From contig OX597814.1 in assembly GCA_951406725.2 (NCBI GenBank), positions 123,070,001 through 123,134,000 on the forward strand: a stretch of 64,000 nucleotides of DNA, given 5' to 3'. This stretch comes from Octopus vulgaris (taxonomy: Eukaryota). Positions 14,341-25,753 of this stretch are shown piece by piece. A model generated the notes under the pieces. It did not search any database and was not told the origin of the DNA. It was given only the letters and a program-made list of their open reading frames with translations. Within the stretch, counting starts at the first letter, position 1; the number at the start of each line of letters is the position of its first letter. A program made the translations under genes and the position numbers.

Positions 14341-14577
14341 AATAAATAAATGCGCCCTTTAAAAGCCTGACCAGGCTCATGGGCCTGGTTTCTTGGTTTC
14401 TATGGCGTATGTGTTCCCCAGCTGGATGGGATGCCAGTCCAGCGCAGCGTTACTCATTTTTGCCAGCTGAGTGAACTGGAGCAACATGAAATGAAGTGTT
14501 TTGCTCAAGAATACAACGTGTCGCCCAGTCCAGGAATCGAAACCACAATCTTACGATCATGATGCTGACACCCTAAT
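14341..14577 (-). mobile_element. tRNA-derived SINE family V (V/Meta-like central domain)
   Basis: Reverse complement of 62256..62512; contains CTGCGCTGGACTGGCATCCCATCCAG. Confidence 0.8.
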
Positions 14578-16167
14578 CCAGCTTCAAATTCAGATTTGAC
14601 TACTATTGCATCACTCAGTTTTTACCAAGAAGGATTTCAGCAAGAAAAGAAGAAATATATTAACTGAACTGCACAAGAAGTTACCACTAATACATCATCG
14701 TTAGCAACACGCACACCAACCAAATTCAGAAAATGATTGTCGCTATTTACGAAAATAACTTTGCAATTTTTCTGTTGCTTCCATGTTGAACATACTTTTT
14801 ATAAACTGCAATAGCTACTGCATTGTCATAACACTGAGATCCACGCATTTCTAACGCCATTTTATCCTTTTAAAAGTTGTTTCAAAATTACTTCTACAGT
14901 GTTTTTAGCATCCCTTCGTTTTAAATGGATATTAAAAAAATGTATTTTATAAAAAAAAAATTATCGAAATAACGAATTGTTTCTGTCATTTGCTCTTGAT
15001 GTGCTCGATTTAGAGTAAAATCAAACATGAGGTCAAAATATTTGGCTTTAATGCTATGTAGCCATTTCAAACGAACAGCAGAAGCCATCAACTGAAAACA
15101 TTTATTCTGCACTAACGGAGATAAATATGATATTCTCCCATGTTTATTTTCCACATTATTAAGGTGTTCTTTCACGACAAGATCATAGTTTGTCAGTAAT
15201 TTTAATTATTGCAAAAGAAAAATGCAAAATTGTTTTCCTCTTCCTGTCTGTGAGACCACACAATGCAACGCTTGCGTTGCAAAAAACAAAAATTATGCAA
15301 TGGAGAATTTAGTGTTTGCTTTTCTGATGCAATTTGAGGCTGCCGCTCTGTGTCAATGATTTCTCTATTTCTAAAATATTTCTTTTCATTTCCTTCCATT
15401 GAATTGAAGCAGAATCGTTGATTATTGGTTTGTTTTGTCTTGTCTGTTTTGCTTTTTGCTTTTTCATGGGTGCTAAACCTTTCTTGGTGCTTTCCAATGA
15501 TCAAATCTATTTTCTTGTTCCAATGAAGGCTAATTGGCATTTCGTGAAAATAGCAAACAACAAAAGTTAAAAGCGGCTTTCTGCATTTGAGAATAAACAA
15601 ACAACGGACTTCCTTCTCTACATCCATTTACCAACATTTCTTCAAACTATCTTTTATCCACTGACTGTCTTTGTGTAGGAACAAATGATTCTCCACTATT
15701 CTGAAAATACTTCGAACTCAACGTAAGAATTTCTATCCACAGAGCAGCTGATTAAATAACATATTATTTATATATATTTCATCACTCTTGATGCAGAAAC
15801 TTACACTATGTTGCTGAACTGTACTTGGTATAAACTGTGCAAAGTTTCCCTGCTTCTCGATATTTAAAATTTTAGTATCGTCTGCCACTTTAAAAGACAC
15901 ATCTGTTCTTGAAACGCTTAAATGTCTTTCCCGTACACTTCTGTTTAAAAACAAAAGAAAGTTAAGCAATGACATCATAAAACCATTTGATTTGGGTCTG
16001 TTACTATCATTTTTTATTTCTACCTTTTATTTCTCCTGCGCCTATAGAAGATGTCAATTAAGTCTATATTAATTGCCACAAAATATGTTTGAAATATCTG
16101 CTTATAGTACAACTCTATTAAAATTAAATTCTTCTTTTAAATTTGATCATCCTGGTTATAATGATAA

Positions 16168-16198
<31 letters not shown>

Positions 16199-16217
16199 AA
16201 GAAGAAGAAGAAGAAGA

Positions 16218-16432
16218 ATAGAACACCTACAAAAATCAGCATTGCTTAGAACTGCATGAATTTTTCGCAGTGTCCTTGAAGCATGACCAGTAAATGTCAC
16301 CTTAGTCTGCTGTCTATGGGCAGCTGACACTTTCCTTCATACCCAGCAAAATAAGCTGTAAGTTTTCATAATAATAATAATGATAATAAAAATAATAATA
16401 TTAAGAAGAACAACAACAACAATAACAACAAC

Positions 16433-16528
<96 letters not shown>

Positions 16529-17110
16529 AATAAAAGACGACATGACAAAAAAATCACTGCATGACAATGTTGCAAGAATGATCCATTGGGAGATTTGTAG
16601 AAATTATGGCCTAGAATGATCAAAGCCATTGGATGACCAAATCCCAGAAGGAGTTTCTGAGAATGAGGAACGCAAAATCCTTGTAGGACGAAATGATTCA
16701 GACATCGAAAACCTGACGTTGTTGAGGTGAACAGAAAAGAAAAAGACATGCCTGATAATCGACATAGCATGTGCTGGTGGCAACAGCATCGAAGAGAAAG
16801 AAGAATAAAAAATAAACAACTATGATGAATTGAAGTGGAAAATGCGCAGGTTGTGCGAAATGAAGAGAGAGGACGTGATACCAATAGTGATTGGCGTTCT
16901 TGGAAGTATCAGCATTTAACTACGAACATGGCTCAAAAAGATTGGTACAAATATAAGATTGAACACCTACAAAATCACCATTGCTTGCAACTGTAAGAGT
17001 TCTCCGTAAGGTTTTTGAAATATGATAAACAAACATATATATCACCTTAGTGTGCTGACTGTAGACAGCTGACACTTTCCATCATACCCAACAAAATGAG
17101 CTGAATTTTC
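16218..17110 (+). mobile_element. Two 5'-truncated R4/Dong-like REL-LINE copies (16218..16367 and 16531..17110) separated by (TAA)n/(TGA)n
   Basis: HDNVARMIHWEIC, KPDVV and LIIDIAC motifs of the restriction-like endonuclease; a shared 3'UTR GCTGACACTTTCC..AAATAAGCTG..TTTTC runs into ATAATAAT. Confidence 0.85.
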
Positions 17111-17139
17111 ATGAAAGACAGACAAGGTGTTAATGCACC

Positions 17140-17660
17140 GAATGGCTTTTTATCTTAACTGATTAGTAATGTTATGTATATTGTTTTGTCTTGCTATAAA
17201 AGACGGGCTACAGCAAATATTCTGCTCAGTATCATAGATCTCCTTGTTAGTTGCTTGACTTTAACTAGTTGAGCATGTCACTTAGAGGTTGATGGCATGT
17301 GCATCTCTGATCACGAGCAGAAGTAGTTGGGGAGCATCATAGCCGTGTGTTGAAAGGAATTCATTGGGGTTTGAATAATTCACCTCTGGAAACATAAGTG
17401 TTTTGTTCATCATCCTTAAAACAACCCTTATTCGGGGACCTTTTGAGTAGGAATGGCTATTCGACCTGAAAAAAAGTCTAACTGAGCCCCACCTGTAAGG
17501 CCATGCGCTTTTTGTGTTGATATGAGATCACGATGACGCGAACATATGGTTGTGATGCACGTGCCCGGTGTACATGAGGGATTGTCATGATGGGTATATT
17601 AGGCTTCGTATATCTGTACCCCAGTGTCACTTTGATGGTATGCGGTGATCTCTCACTTAA
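17140..17660 (+). repeat. Unclassified dispersed repeat (family U2), ending in (TAA)n
   Basis: A similar copy lies at about 37430..37735 (TCTTAACTGATT..GCTACAGCAAATATTCTGCTCA..GAATAATTCACCTCT). Confidence 0.7.
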
Positions 17661-17661
17661 T

Positions 17662-17724
<63 letters not shown>

Positions 17725-17773
17725 TTAAAATAATAATAAAGGCTACAATAAATGATTCTCATTGGAGTACAAG

Positions 17774-17824
<51 letters not shown>

Positions 17825-17970
17825 ATAAGGGTGAAAAATTGAATATTAATTTGATTAATATCAATTTAAAACCAGTGGTCTAGCATATTGAAAAATCTGA
17901 AGTTTCAGTGGTAAGACCATAGCGGATCTTCTTCTAGCATAATAGATGTCCACTTACAGGTCATCCTGCT

Positions 17971-18055
<85 letters not shown>

Positions 18056-18359
18056 CCAGTAGTCATTATAGGTACATTACTGATAGATTTACTCTTGATC
18101 AGTTGAGAAGAATTGAACGGCCTAAAAAAAATTCATGCTACTTTCGTCAGAGCCATTTCTGGTTATAACAAAGCAGAACACTGAAAGAACGGTGAGTGCA
18201 TGGGGGAGGGAAGAAAGGATGGAAAGATGCAAATAGAATAGAAAAAAAGGAGGAAGACAGGTTACAAAGGGGTGAAGAGAAGTATAGAAATGATAGAAGG
18301 GTCGCTTAAATAAAGTTTGGGTACTGGATGACCAAACTCTGGGAAAGGGACAGTCATAA

Positions 18360-18700
18360 AACATTAGTGTTTGTAGTCAGGTCAACACACATTAACATAT
18401 TAGCATTGTTTATGAGTTAGATATTCTCCAACTGTTGTGCTGACATTTGATATGGACCATTTAAACACATGGTCAACCTAAGACTTTAATATTTGGTAAT
18501 TGTTGCTATGAAGCATAGCAGGGGAAATATATTAGAAGACGAAGGAATATCAGTAGTAATTATATTGTGATCAAGAGGTTAAGAAGATTCTGGTTAGTTA
18601 GGAGATAAGATGCTGATACGTTGAAAGTAGTTAGGTTGAAATGGGATGAGGTCAAGTTAAAGTTCTTGAAAGTCCAACGTAAATTGTAGTTAACCTCATT
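18360..18700 (-). pseudogene. Decayed Penelope-like GIY-YIG endonuclease fragment
   Basis: Minus strand gives TIYVGLS and, downstream, DHVFKWSIS; frameshifted. Confidence 0.5.
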
Positions 18701-18741
18701 AGACAAGTTTTAAAGTTTAAACCAATATGTTTGTGTGTGTG

Positions 18742-18810
<69 letters not shown>

Positions 18811-18904
18811 TCTAGGTTGGAATTTATAAATATTTAGTATGTAAAAGTCATGTGATTTGTGGAAATGTGCGTAGCGATATAATAAATATTCATAAATTCC
18901 AGCA

Positions 18905-19143
18905 TAGGTTGTCAAGTGATGGGACAAACACAGACACACAAATACACACGCACGCACGTTACAATAATGACGGTGGCGTGGAGGGGGAGGGTAGTATGCG
19001 TGAGCGACTGCCCAGACTTGTGCCTCGGAGGGTCGGCCCGTGGCAATAGTAGAAGACACTCGCGCAAGGTGCCACGCAGTAGGACTGAACCCGGAACCAT
19101 GTGGTTAGGAAGCAAGTTCCTTACCACACACCCACTACTGCGC
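18905..19143 (-). mobile_element. SINE family C (chimeric with a segment shared with 20035..20090)
   Basis: Family C head plus GGTAGTATGCGTGAGCGACTGCCCAGACTTGTGCCTCG in the opposite orientation. Confidence 0.7.
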
Positions 19144-19182
19144 CTGACTTACCACTCAGCCACTCCTATACATACATACAAA

Positions 19183-19307
19183 TAATATTCGTAGCCACTT
19201 TAACATGGATGTCCGTTCGAACGGCCTCTACTGCGATTTTTTAATCCCAAGAGGACACCTCCTCTAGCTTCGAACAAACGGCTATGTTGAAGTGGTTACG
19301 AATATTA
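19183..19307. mobile_element. ~125-bp MITE-like element with ~38-bp imperfect TIRs
   Basis: TAATATTCGTAGCCACTTTAACATGG..GTTCGAA versus TTCGAAC..CTATGTTGAAGTGGTTACGAATATTA. Confidence 0.65.
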
Positions 19308-19413
19308 CTTGTTAGTACAACTACTGCGTTGATCTCTTAGAGATATTTTAGAACTAGCATTATATATATATATATACATATATCTTTTAAGGTAGGCAGA
19401 AAGACAGACAGAG

Positions 19414-19490
<77 letters not shown>

Positions 19491-19854
19491 TATAGATAGA
19501 TAGATAGATAGATAGATATTACACTCAGCCTGCATGTAAACAAACGTTCTAAATTCGGTATCGATTATATTATTTTTCTTTTCCATTTCCTTCTCCTTGA
19601 TAAAGTGAATAACCAAAAATGTTAGATTGTCTCTTCTATTTCTTCAATGGCGTCTTTATTTTCATAGAACACTTCTTTCATTGTTGTTCTTCCACTTCAT
19701 ATTTCTGCGCATTTTTTTCGGTTGCGTGTCTTGATTCTCTGATTTCATGTATTATTTATTTCTTTGTTTCCATATTGCCGCATAAACTTACATGTATTAT
19801 ATGTGGGATTAATATTTTTGTGCATGGTGCATGTGTGTGTATGTGTGTGAAAGC

Positions 19855-20135
19855 GCATGGCTCACAATCATGAGATAGTGACTTCGATTCTCGGACCGGG
19901 CTGCGTGTTGTGCTCTTGAGCAAGACACTTTATTTCACGTTGCTCCAGTTCCCTCAGCCGTAGAAATAAGTCGCGATGTCACTGGTGCCAAGCTGTATCG
20001 GCATTTTTTTGGCCTTTCACTTGAATAAACATCGGTGGCGTGGGGGTGGGGGTAGTATGCGTGAGCGACTGCCCAGACTTGTGCCTCGAAGGGTAACTTT
20101 CTAGATGCAATCCATGACCGAAGGGGTTCTTTACC
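19855..20135 (+). mobile_element. tRNA-derived SINE (family related to 44230..44522)
   Basis: TTCGATTCTCGGACCGGGC..TCTTGAGCAAGACACTTTATTTCACGTTGCTCCA; a reversed relative lies at 44230..44522. Confidence 0.7.
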
Positions 20136-20143
20136 TTTGCATT

Positions 20144-20214
<71 letters not shown>

Positions 20215-20218
<4 letters not shown>

Positions 20219-20420
20219 CCTCGTGTGTACCGTTGGCGATTTTTTTCCTCTGTCTTCCCTTCTCTGGATCTTTCCTTCTCTTGTGTTTCCGACGAAGAGC
20301 TCCGCTCAAAACGTTAAACCCTCCTTCTTTCCTTCTTTCCAGAGCGTCCAATAATACTATATTTGTTCCACGTCCTCGCGTTGTTGTGTTTTATTGTGCT
20401 TTCTTGCTTAGATTAACTTT
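20215..20420 (+). mobile_element. PLE-like terminal fragment with hammerhead-fold motif
   Basis: 20285..20319: GTTT-CCGACGA-AGAGC TCC GCTC-AAAAC-GTT-AAAC; sits between (GT)n and (TA)n. Confidence 0.55.
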
Positions 20421-20446
20421 ATATATATATATGTATGTATGTGTGT

Positions 20447-20522
<76 letters not shown>

Positions 20523-20526
20523 GTGT

Positions 20527-20562
<36 letters not shown>

Positions 20563-20959
20563 TTTGGGTATGGTATATGAGTCAGCAAAAACTCACCCTT
20601 TAAAACAGTGACAAGCAAAATCTGTAACAAATCTTTCTTCCTGATACCTTAGTAGCTTCTAAGTGGAAGTGAGGGCAACATGTTCTTTGTCTATCTCCTC
20701 AACTTCTTGGAGATGTTAGGTAAAATTATACTAATGTGTCCATCTGTTTTGATTTTATTAAATTCTATGTCTTTGTGCAGCTGAGGATTGATCTGCATTT
20801 AAATTGATGTAATGGTTGCATTGTTCAGTTAAATGGAGTTGCGTGAAACGCTGCATTACCTCCTGATATCCTTGTTGCTTATTTTGACATATATATATAT
20901 AATATCCTCATTGATATTAATATGGGCATACAACCTCGCAATTACATTTATGTATTTTT

Positions 20960-21428
20960 ATATCCTTAAATCCTTAAATCCTTAGAAATGTTTTAGCCTG
21001 AAGGCCGCGGCCATGCTGGGGCACCACCGCTGAATGAGTTACACTAGTATGTGAATCCACCTCTGATACGTGGCACTTGGTCAACAAGGGAGTTCGATGC
21101 CGCTGCCTGCATCTGAGTCTCCTGACATGAGGTAGGTTCATCCGGAACCCCCGACAAGAAGAGATCCAGTTTAGTTTTAAAGAAACCCACATCCACACCA
21201 TGCAAGTCACTCAGGCATTTAGGGAGGATGTTAAAGAGCTGTGGTCCTCTGAAACCCAAGCTGTTGCAGTATCTGGTCCTGTATTTTGATGGTGATGTTA
21301 GAATCTTTGGCACCATGCAGTGGCGACCCGTTCTGTGGTTGGGGTAACTTTGAATGCCAAAGTTTGGGACAAGACCCTCCAGGATTTTCCAGATGTATAT
21401 CACCGCATATCTCTCCCGCCTTCGCTCT
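20960..21428 (-). mobile_element. 3' end of a CR1/L2-group LINE (ORF2 C-terminus + short tail)
   Basis: RRRE..IYIWKILEGLVPN..GPQLFNILP..FKTKLDLFLSGVPDEP; the 3' end has a stem-loop and TAAGGATT tandem repeats. Confidence 0.8.
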
Positions 21429-21647
21429 ATATATTTACATATTTATATATTTTTATATTATATCTTGTGTATGTAAATGCACCCACGTATGCTGAGGAAT
21501 ATTCCGAAGCTTTGAAATATATTGAGTGAATATGAACACTGACCTTCGAAATTTGTTCTCTCTTTCTTGGTTTTATATTCCTGAGGGTCTATTAGAACGC
21601 TAATTAGTTGTGTTGTATAAGGGGCTAATTATCCCATTTATTTCTTC

Positions 21648-21706
<59 letters not shown>

Positions 21707-21720
21707 CATACATACATACA

Positions 21721-21756
<36 letters not shown>

Positions 21757-22044
21757 TATATACATAATAGTGTACATTTAAACACAAGAGAAACTGCCTT
21801 CAACAAACAGTTTTACATGCTAGAAGTAGTCAAAACGACCAAAACCACATTTAAGACCAATCTTCAAAACGAATGAAAAATAAAACCTAGTTATTTTATT
21901 CCGCTCAGACCTAGGTTTCAAAATTTTTTCAGCAAATAAAATAATTTGCTAGGCGAACTTCTCATCAATGACCGTGCCATAACACTAACATATAATTAAG
22001 AGACGAATAAAACGTGTCTCAATGTTATACATTATAATTTTTTA

Positions 22045-22085
<41 letters not shown>

Positions 22086-22156
22086 CATTGCTTTTCAGTA
22101 TAGATACTACTTTCATCTCTTATAGAGATTGTCTGACTAGTTACTTATATATACAG

Positions 22157-22312
22157 ACGTGGCTGTGTCGTACGAAGCTTGCTTCTCAACCACATGGTTC
22201 CGGGTTCAGTCCCGCTGCTTAGCACCTTGGGCAAGTGTCGTCTATTATAGCCTCAGGCCGACCAAAGCTTTGTGAGTGGATTTGGTAGACAGAAACTGAA
22301 AGAAGCCCGTCG

Positions 22313-22369
<57 letters not shown>

Positions 22370-22580
22370 GTGTATGTAAGTGTGTGTGTGACTTTGTCTC
22401 TGCCTTTGTCTCCCCACACCATCACTTGACAACCGATGTTGGTGTGTTTACGTCCTCGTAACTTAGCGGTTCGACAAAAGGGTTAGATAGACTAAGTACT
22501 AGAATAGGGGTCGATTTCTTCGACTAACACTGTTTAAGGCGATGCTCCAGCATGGGTCAAACAAGCAAAAGAATAAAGGA
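22157..22580 (+). mobile_element. SINE family C, near full length with internal microsatellite
   Basis: GTGGCTGTGTCGTA A-box, GGTTCAGTCCC B-box, CORE-like CACCTTGGGCAAGTG, internal (TA)/(GA)/(TG), conserved tail. Confidence 0.85.
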
Positions 22581-23579
22581 ATATATACATATATATATAT
22601 ATATATGGTAGGAACATAGAAAGGCGGCTCGAGAGCCAAGATTTTAATGAAAACTACTACACACGAAACTTTCGGCCATTGTTTCATTATTGTAACTTTT
22701 AGCTGAATAAACAATGGAAAAGTATATATACTCGTGTGCGAGTTCCGTTACTTTACTTTCTTTTACGGATTACGCACGCGCGCCCACATACACACACACA
22801 TACGCACACGTACACGCACGCAACACATATAAATATACATACATATGTATGTATATATGTATGTGTATATACATGAGTGTGTGTGCATTTGTATGTTTAT
22901 GTACGTATGCATGCCAGTATGCATGTATGTATGCATGCATGCTTGTATTTATGCATGTATGTATGTAAGCATGCATGCATGTATGTATGTATGCATGTAA
23001 CTAGATTCTTTGTGGTAAAATGTGAAAAATTTTCTCATCGGTCTTTCAAGTTCTGCCCAATCGTGTTATGTACTCCTAGCTGCGTTGTTCTATCCACAGT
23101 CCCGGACACTTTTATGAAACAAGGACGCCATTATATCCTTACGCACAGAACGTCTTTTATATCGTGAATTAATTCCCTTTGAAAAAAATCGGGATTTCAC
23201 CATCACCGATTTCAGTTTCGTCTCGTTCTCTTTTGAATAGGTTTCAGAGTTGCCAACCTTCCGTGGATAACTATACATCGAGAAATAAATAACACGCGAG
23301 ACCAGGAAAGGCTGTAGCTTGTCGGTCCGCAAGTTCCCTTCTCTATGTTTATTTATGCAGGTCCACCATTCATCGAGTGCTTGCCAGGCCTTTCGTGACT
23401 TCATTATATTACTCAGTTTTGCTAGCTGAACGGACTAGAGTAACGTAAAAGGAAGTATCTTGCTGAAGAACACAACTTATCGGCCAATCCAGGAATCGGA
23501 ACCACAGTCTTACGATCATGAGTACAACACTTTAGCGACATGGTCACGTGCTACAATCTCCCCACTCGTTCTAAATTTA

Positions 23580-23955
23580 ATAATCCTTTCTACTCTAGGC
23601 ACAAGGCCTGAAATTTTGGGGAGGGGGATAGTCGATTCCATTGACCCCAGTACCCCGAAAGGATAAAAGGCAAAGTTGACCTCTGCGACATTTGAACTCA
23701 TAGCGTAGAGACAGACGAAATACATATTTCTTTACTGCCCACCGGGGACTACACACAGAGGGGACAAACAAGGACAGACAAACGGATTAAGTCGATTATA
23801 TCGACCCCAGTGCGTAACTGGTACTTAATTTATCGACCCCGAAAGGATGAAAGGAAAAGTCGACCTCGGCGGAATTTGAACTCAGGACGTAGCGGCAGAC
23901 GAAATACGGCTAAGCATTTCGCTCGGCGCGCTAATGATTCTGCCACTCGTCACCT
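23580..23955 (-). mobile_element. SINE family N, tandem/nested pair
   Basis: Junction GACGAAATACA|TATTTCTTTAC at about 23714..23735; one head only; the downstream unit carries the alternative tail. Confidence 0.85.
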
Positions 23956-24218
23956 TTTTCTAAGTATTTAATAATAATTCCAATTCCTCAAGCCAGTGCT
24001 CTCCTTTCATCGTACGTACTTCATCAGTACAATTGTATTTGTACAATAATTACATGCCTAAACTCACATTTAAGGCATCTAATTTTCAGAATAGTGTGAA
24101 ACCATTTAAACGAAATTGTTTAGTTCAAAATGTCAGGGAATTGTGTGCCGTTAAAAAGGCGTATTTAAGAAAAAGATGTTCCTTTGGCTAGTCAGGGATC
24201 ATACAGTTCTATATTTAA

Positions 24219-24618
24219 GCGTAGTGGTTAAGAGCGGAGGCTACTAACCCCAAGATTCCGAGTTTGATTCCAGGCAGTGACCTGAAGAAGAAGAAGAAGA
24301 AGAAGAAGAAGAAGAAGAAGAAGAAGAAGAAGAAGAAGAAGAAGAAGAAGAAGAAGAAGAAGAAGAAGAAGAAGGAAAAACATTTTATGAATGAGAACCC
24401 TGGTTGATATATCTTCCAGCCTTCATCAGGTGTCTTGGGTAAATTTCGAACCTGGCTTCTCATTCCTAAGGTATTTTTCGATGTTAGGAATGAGAACCCA
24501 GGTTCGAAATTTCCCCAAGACACCTGATCAAGGCTGGAGGGTATATCAGCCGAAACGTTGTGTTAACAACAAACAAGATGAGAACAAATATCCGTCAAAT
24601 ATAAATAATCTAAATAAT
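24219..24618 (+). mobile_element. tRNA-headed element with (GAA)n spacer and PLE-type hammerhead tail, containing an internal inversion
   Basis: GCGTAGTGGTTAAGAGC (A box) .. GAGTTTGATTCC (B box); ACAC-CTGATCA-AGGCTG..CAGCC-GAAAC-GTT-GTGT at 24520..24563; the inverted arm has an intact TCATCAG at 24423..24429. Confidence 0.8.
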
Positions 24619-24955
24619 ATAGTCAGGGATCAGGTTATCAGAATCTTTCACATCGGATTAGATGCCTTGAAGTGTAAGTCGTAAATCTTCTTACCTTAAT
24701 CTGGTACAATTCAGCTGTGCATACCGGTAGATTTCTTCGTATTACTAAATGAATGCAAATAGTTTTATTTTTCAAGCGTCGATTCTTATCTTGTAGTTTA
24801 AATTGAAAAACAAACACTTCCATGCAAAATGCTTTGTGAGTGAATTTGGTTCTTGAAATCTATGTGCAACCCATTGTTACGTGTGTGTGTATGTGTGTGT
24901 TTGCATGTGTGTGTATGTGTGTGTGTATTTGTATGTGAACATGTGTATGTGCTTT

Positions 24956-25015
<60 letters not shown>

Positions 25016-25016
25016 T

Positions 25017-25105
<89 letters not shown>

Positions 25106-25169
25106 CATACATACATGCATACATACACGCATACATGTATATATGCATACATACATATATATATGTACA

Positions 25170-25447
25170 TATTGTAAATGCAATGAACGTTAACAAAAAA
25201 GAGACAGCAACACCGTAGGACAAGTTTTAACAAACAATGTATTAGCTTAACGCTTAAAAAGAAAGAGGGAGAGTCTTAACGCTTCGAACGCTAGTCCTTC
25301 ATCAGAAGAAAAGTATAGATGAAATATAAAGACAGATTGTAAAGAGATGAAAAGAAAAACAGAGCAAAAGGCAGGGAGACAGGTAGTGATATGGTTCTTT
25401 GGGGGAGTTAAAAAGGAAGGAAGGGCGGTTAGATGCACGTGTAGCAG
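25170..25447 (-). mobile_element. PLE-like terminal fragment with canonical-core hammerhead fold
   Basis: 25275..25308 on the minus strand: CTT-CTGATGA-AGGA CTAGCG TTC-GAAGC-GTT-AAG. Confidence 0.6.
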
Positions 25448-25533
<86 letters not shown>

Positions 25534-25534
<1 letters not shown>

Positions 25535-25753
25535 CTTTCTTTATTGGCCACACGGGGCTGAACACAGAGGGGACAAATACAAGTGTAGAGCTTTTCTTTT
25601 CGAAAATGGAAAAGAAAAAGGAAAAAAAGGAACAAATGTAAAATTCCAATCAAAAGGGATCGTGTATCACAGAAAGAAATTTTTAAAAAGTAAGAAACAA
25701 GATTAGGTTTATCCGTGGAAAGAAAAGCCTACGGAAAAGACCACGGTAACCTC
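25534..25753 (-). mobile_element. Tx1-clade LINE 3'UTR, copy 2, ending in (GATA)n
   Basis: Aligns with 307..663 and 48086..48357 (GAAAAGCCTACGGAAAAGACCACGGTAACCTC). Confidence 0.85.

Larger units (their letters stand above)
12610..15980 (-). pseudogene. Decayed hAT-superfamily (ZMYM1/DUF4371-like) transposase with nested insertions
   Basis: Minus-strand peptides in the expected order: ERFSTHEKA (~15470), ISYLSPLVQN..AKYFDLMFDFT..HQEQM..IRY (14970..15140), SQCYDNA (~14830), NHFLNLVG (~14725), and a C-terminal dimerisation-like YLRASVNQERLPALALLYTE (~12670..12735). Frameshifts and stops throughout. Confidence 0.8.

Noticed and set aside
24219-24285. Functional tRNA gene (also SINE heads at 8335, 59562, 62262)
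   Set aside because: A/B boxes are present but there is no convincing acceptor stem or terminator; each continues into a repeat body.
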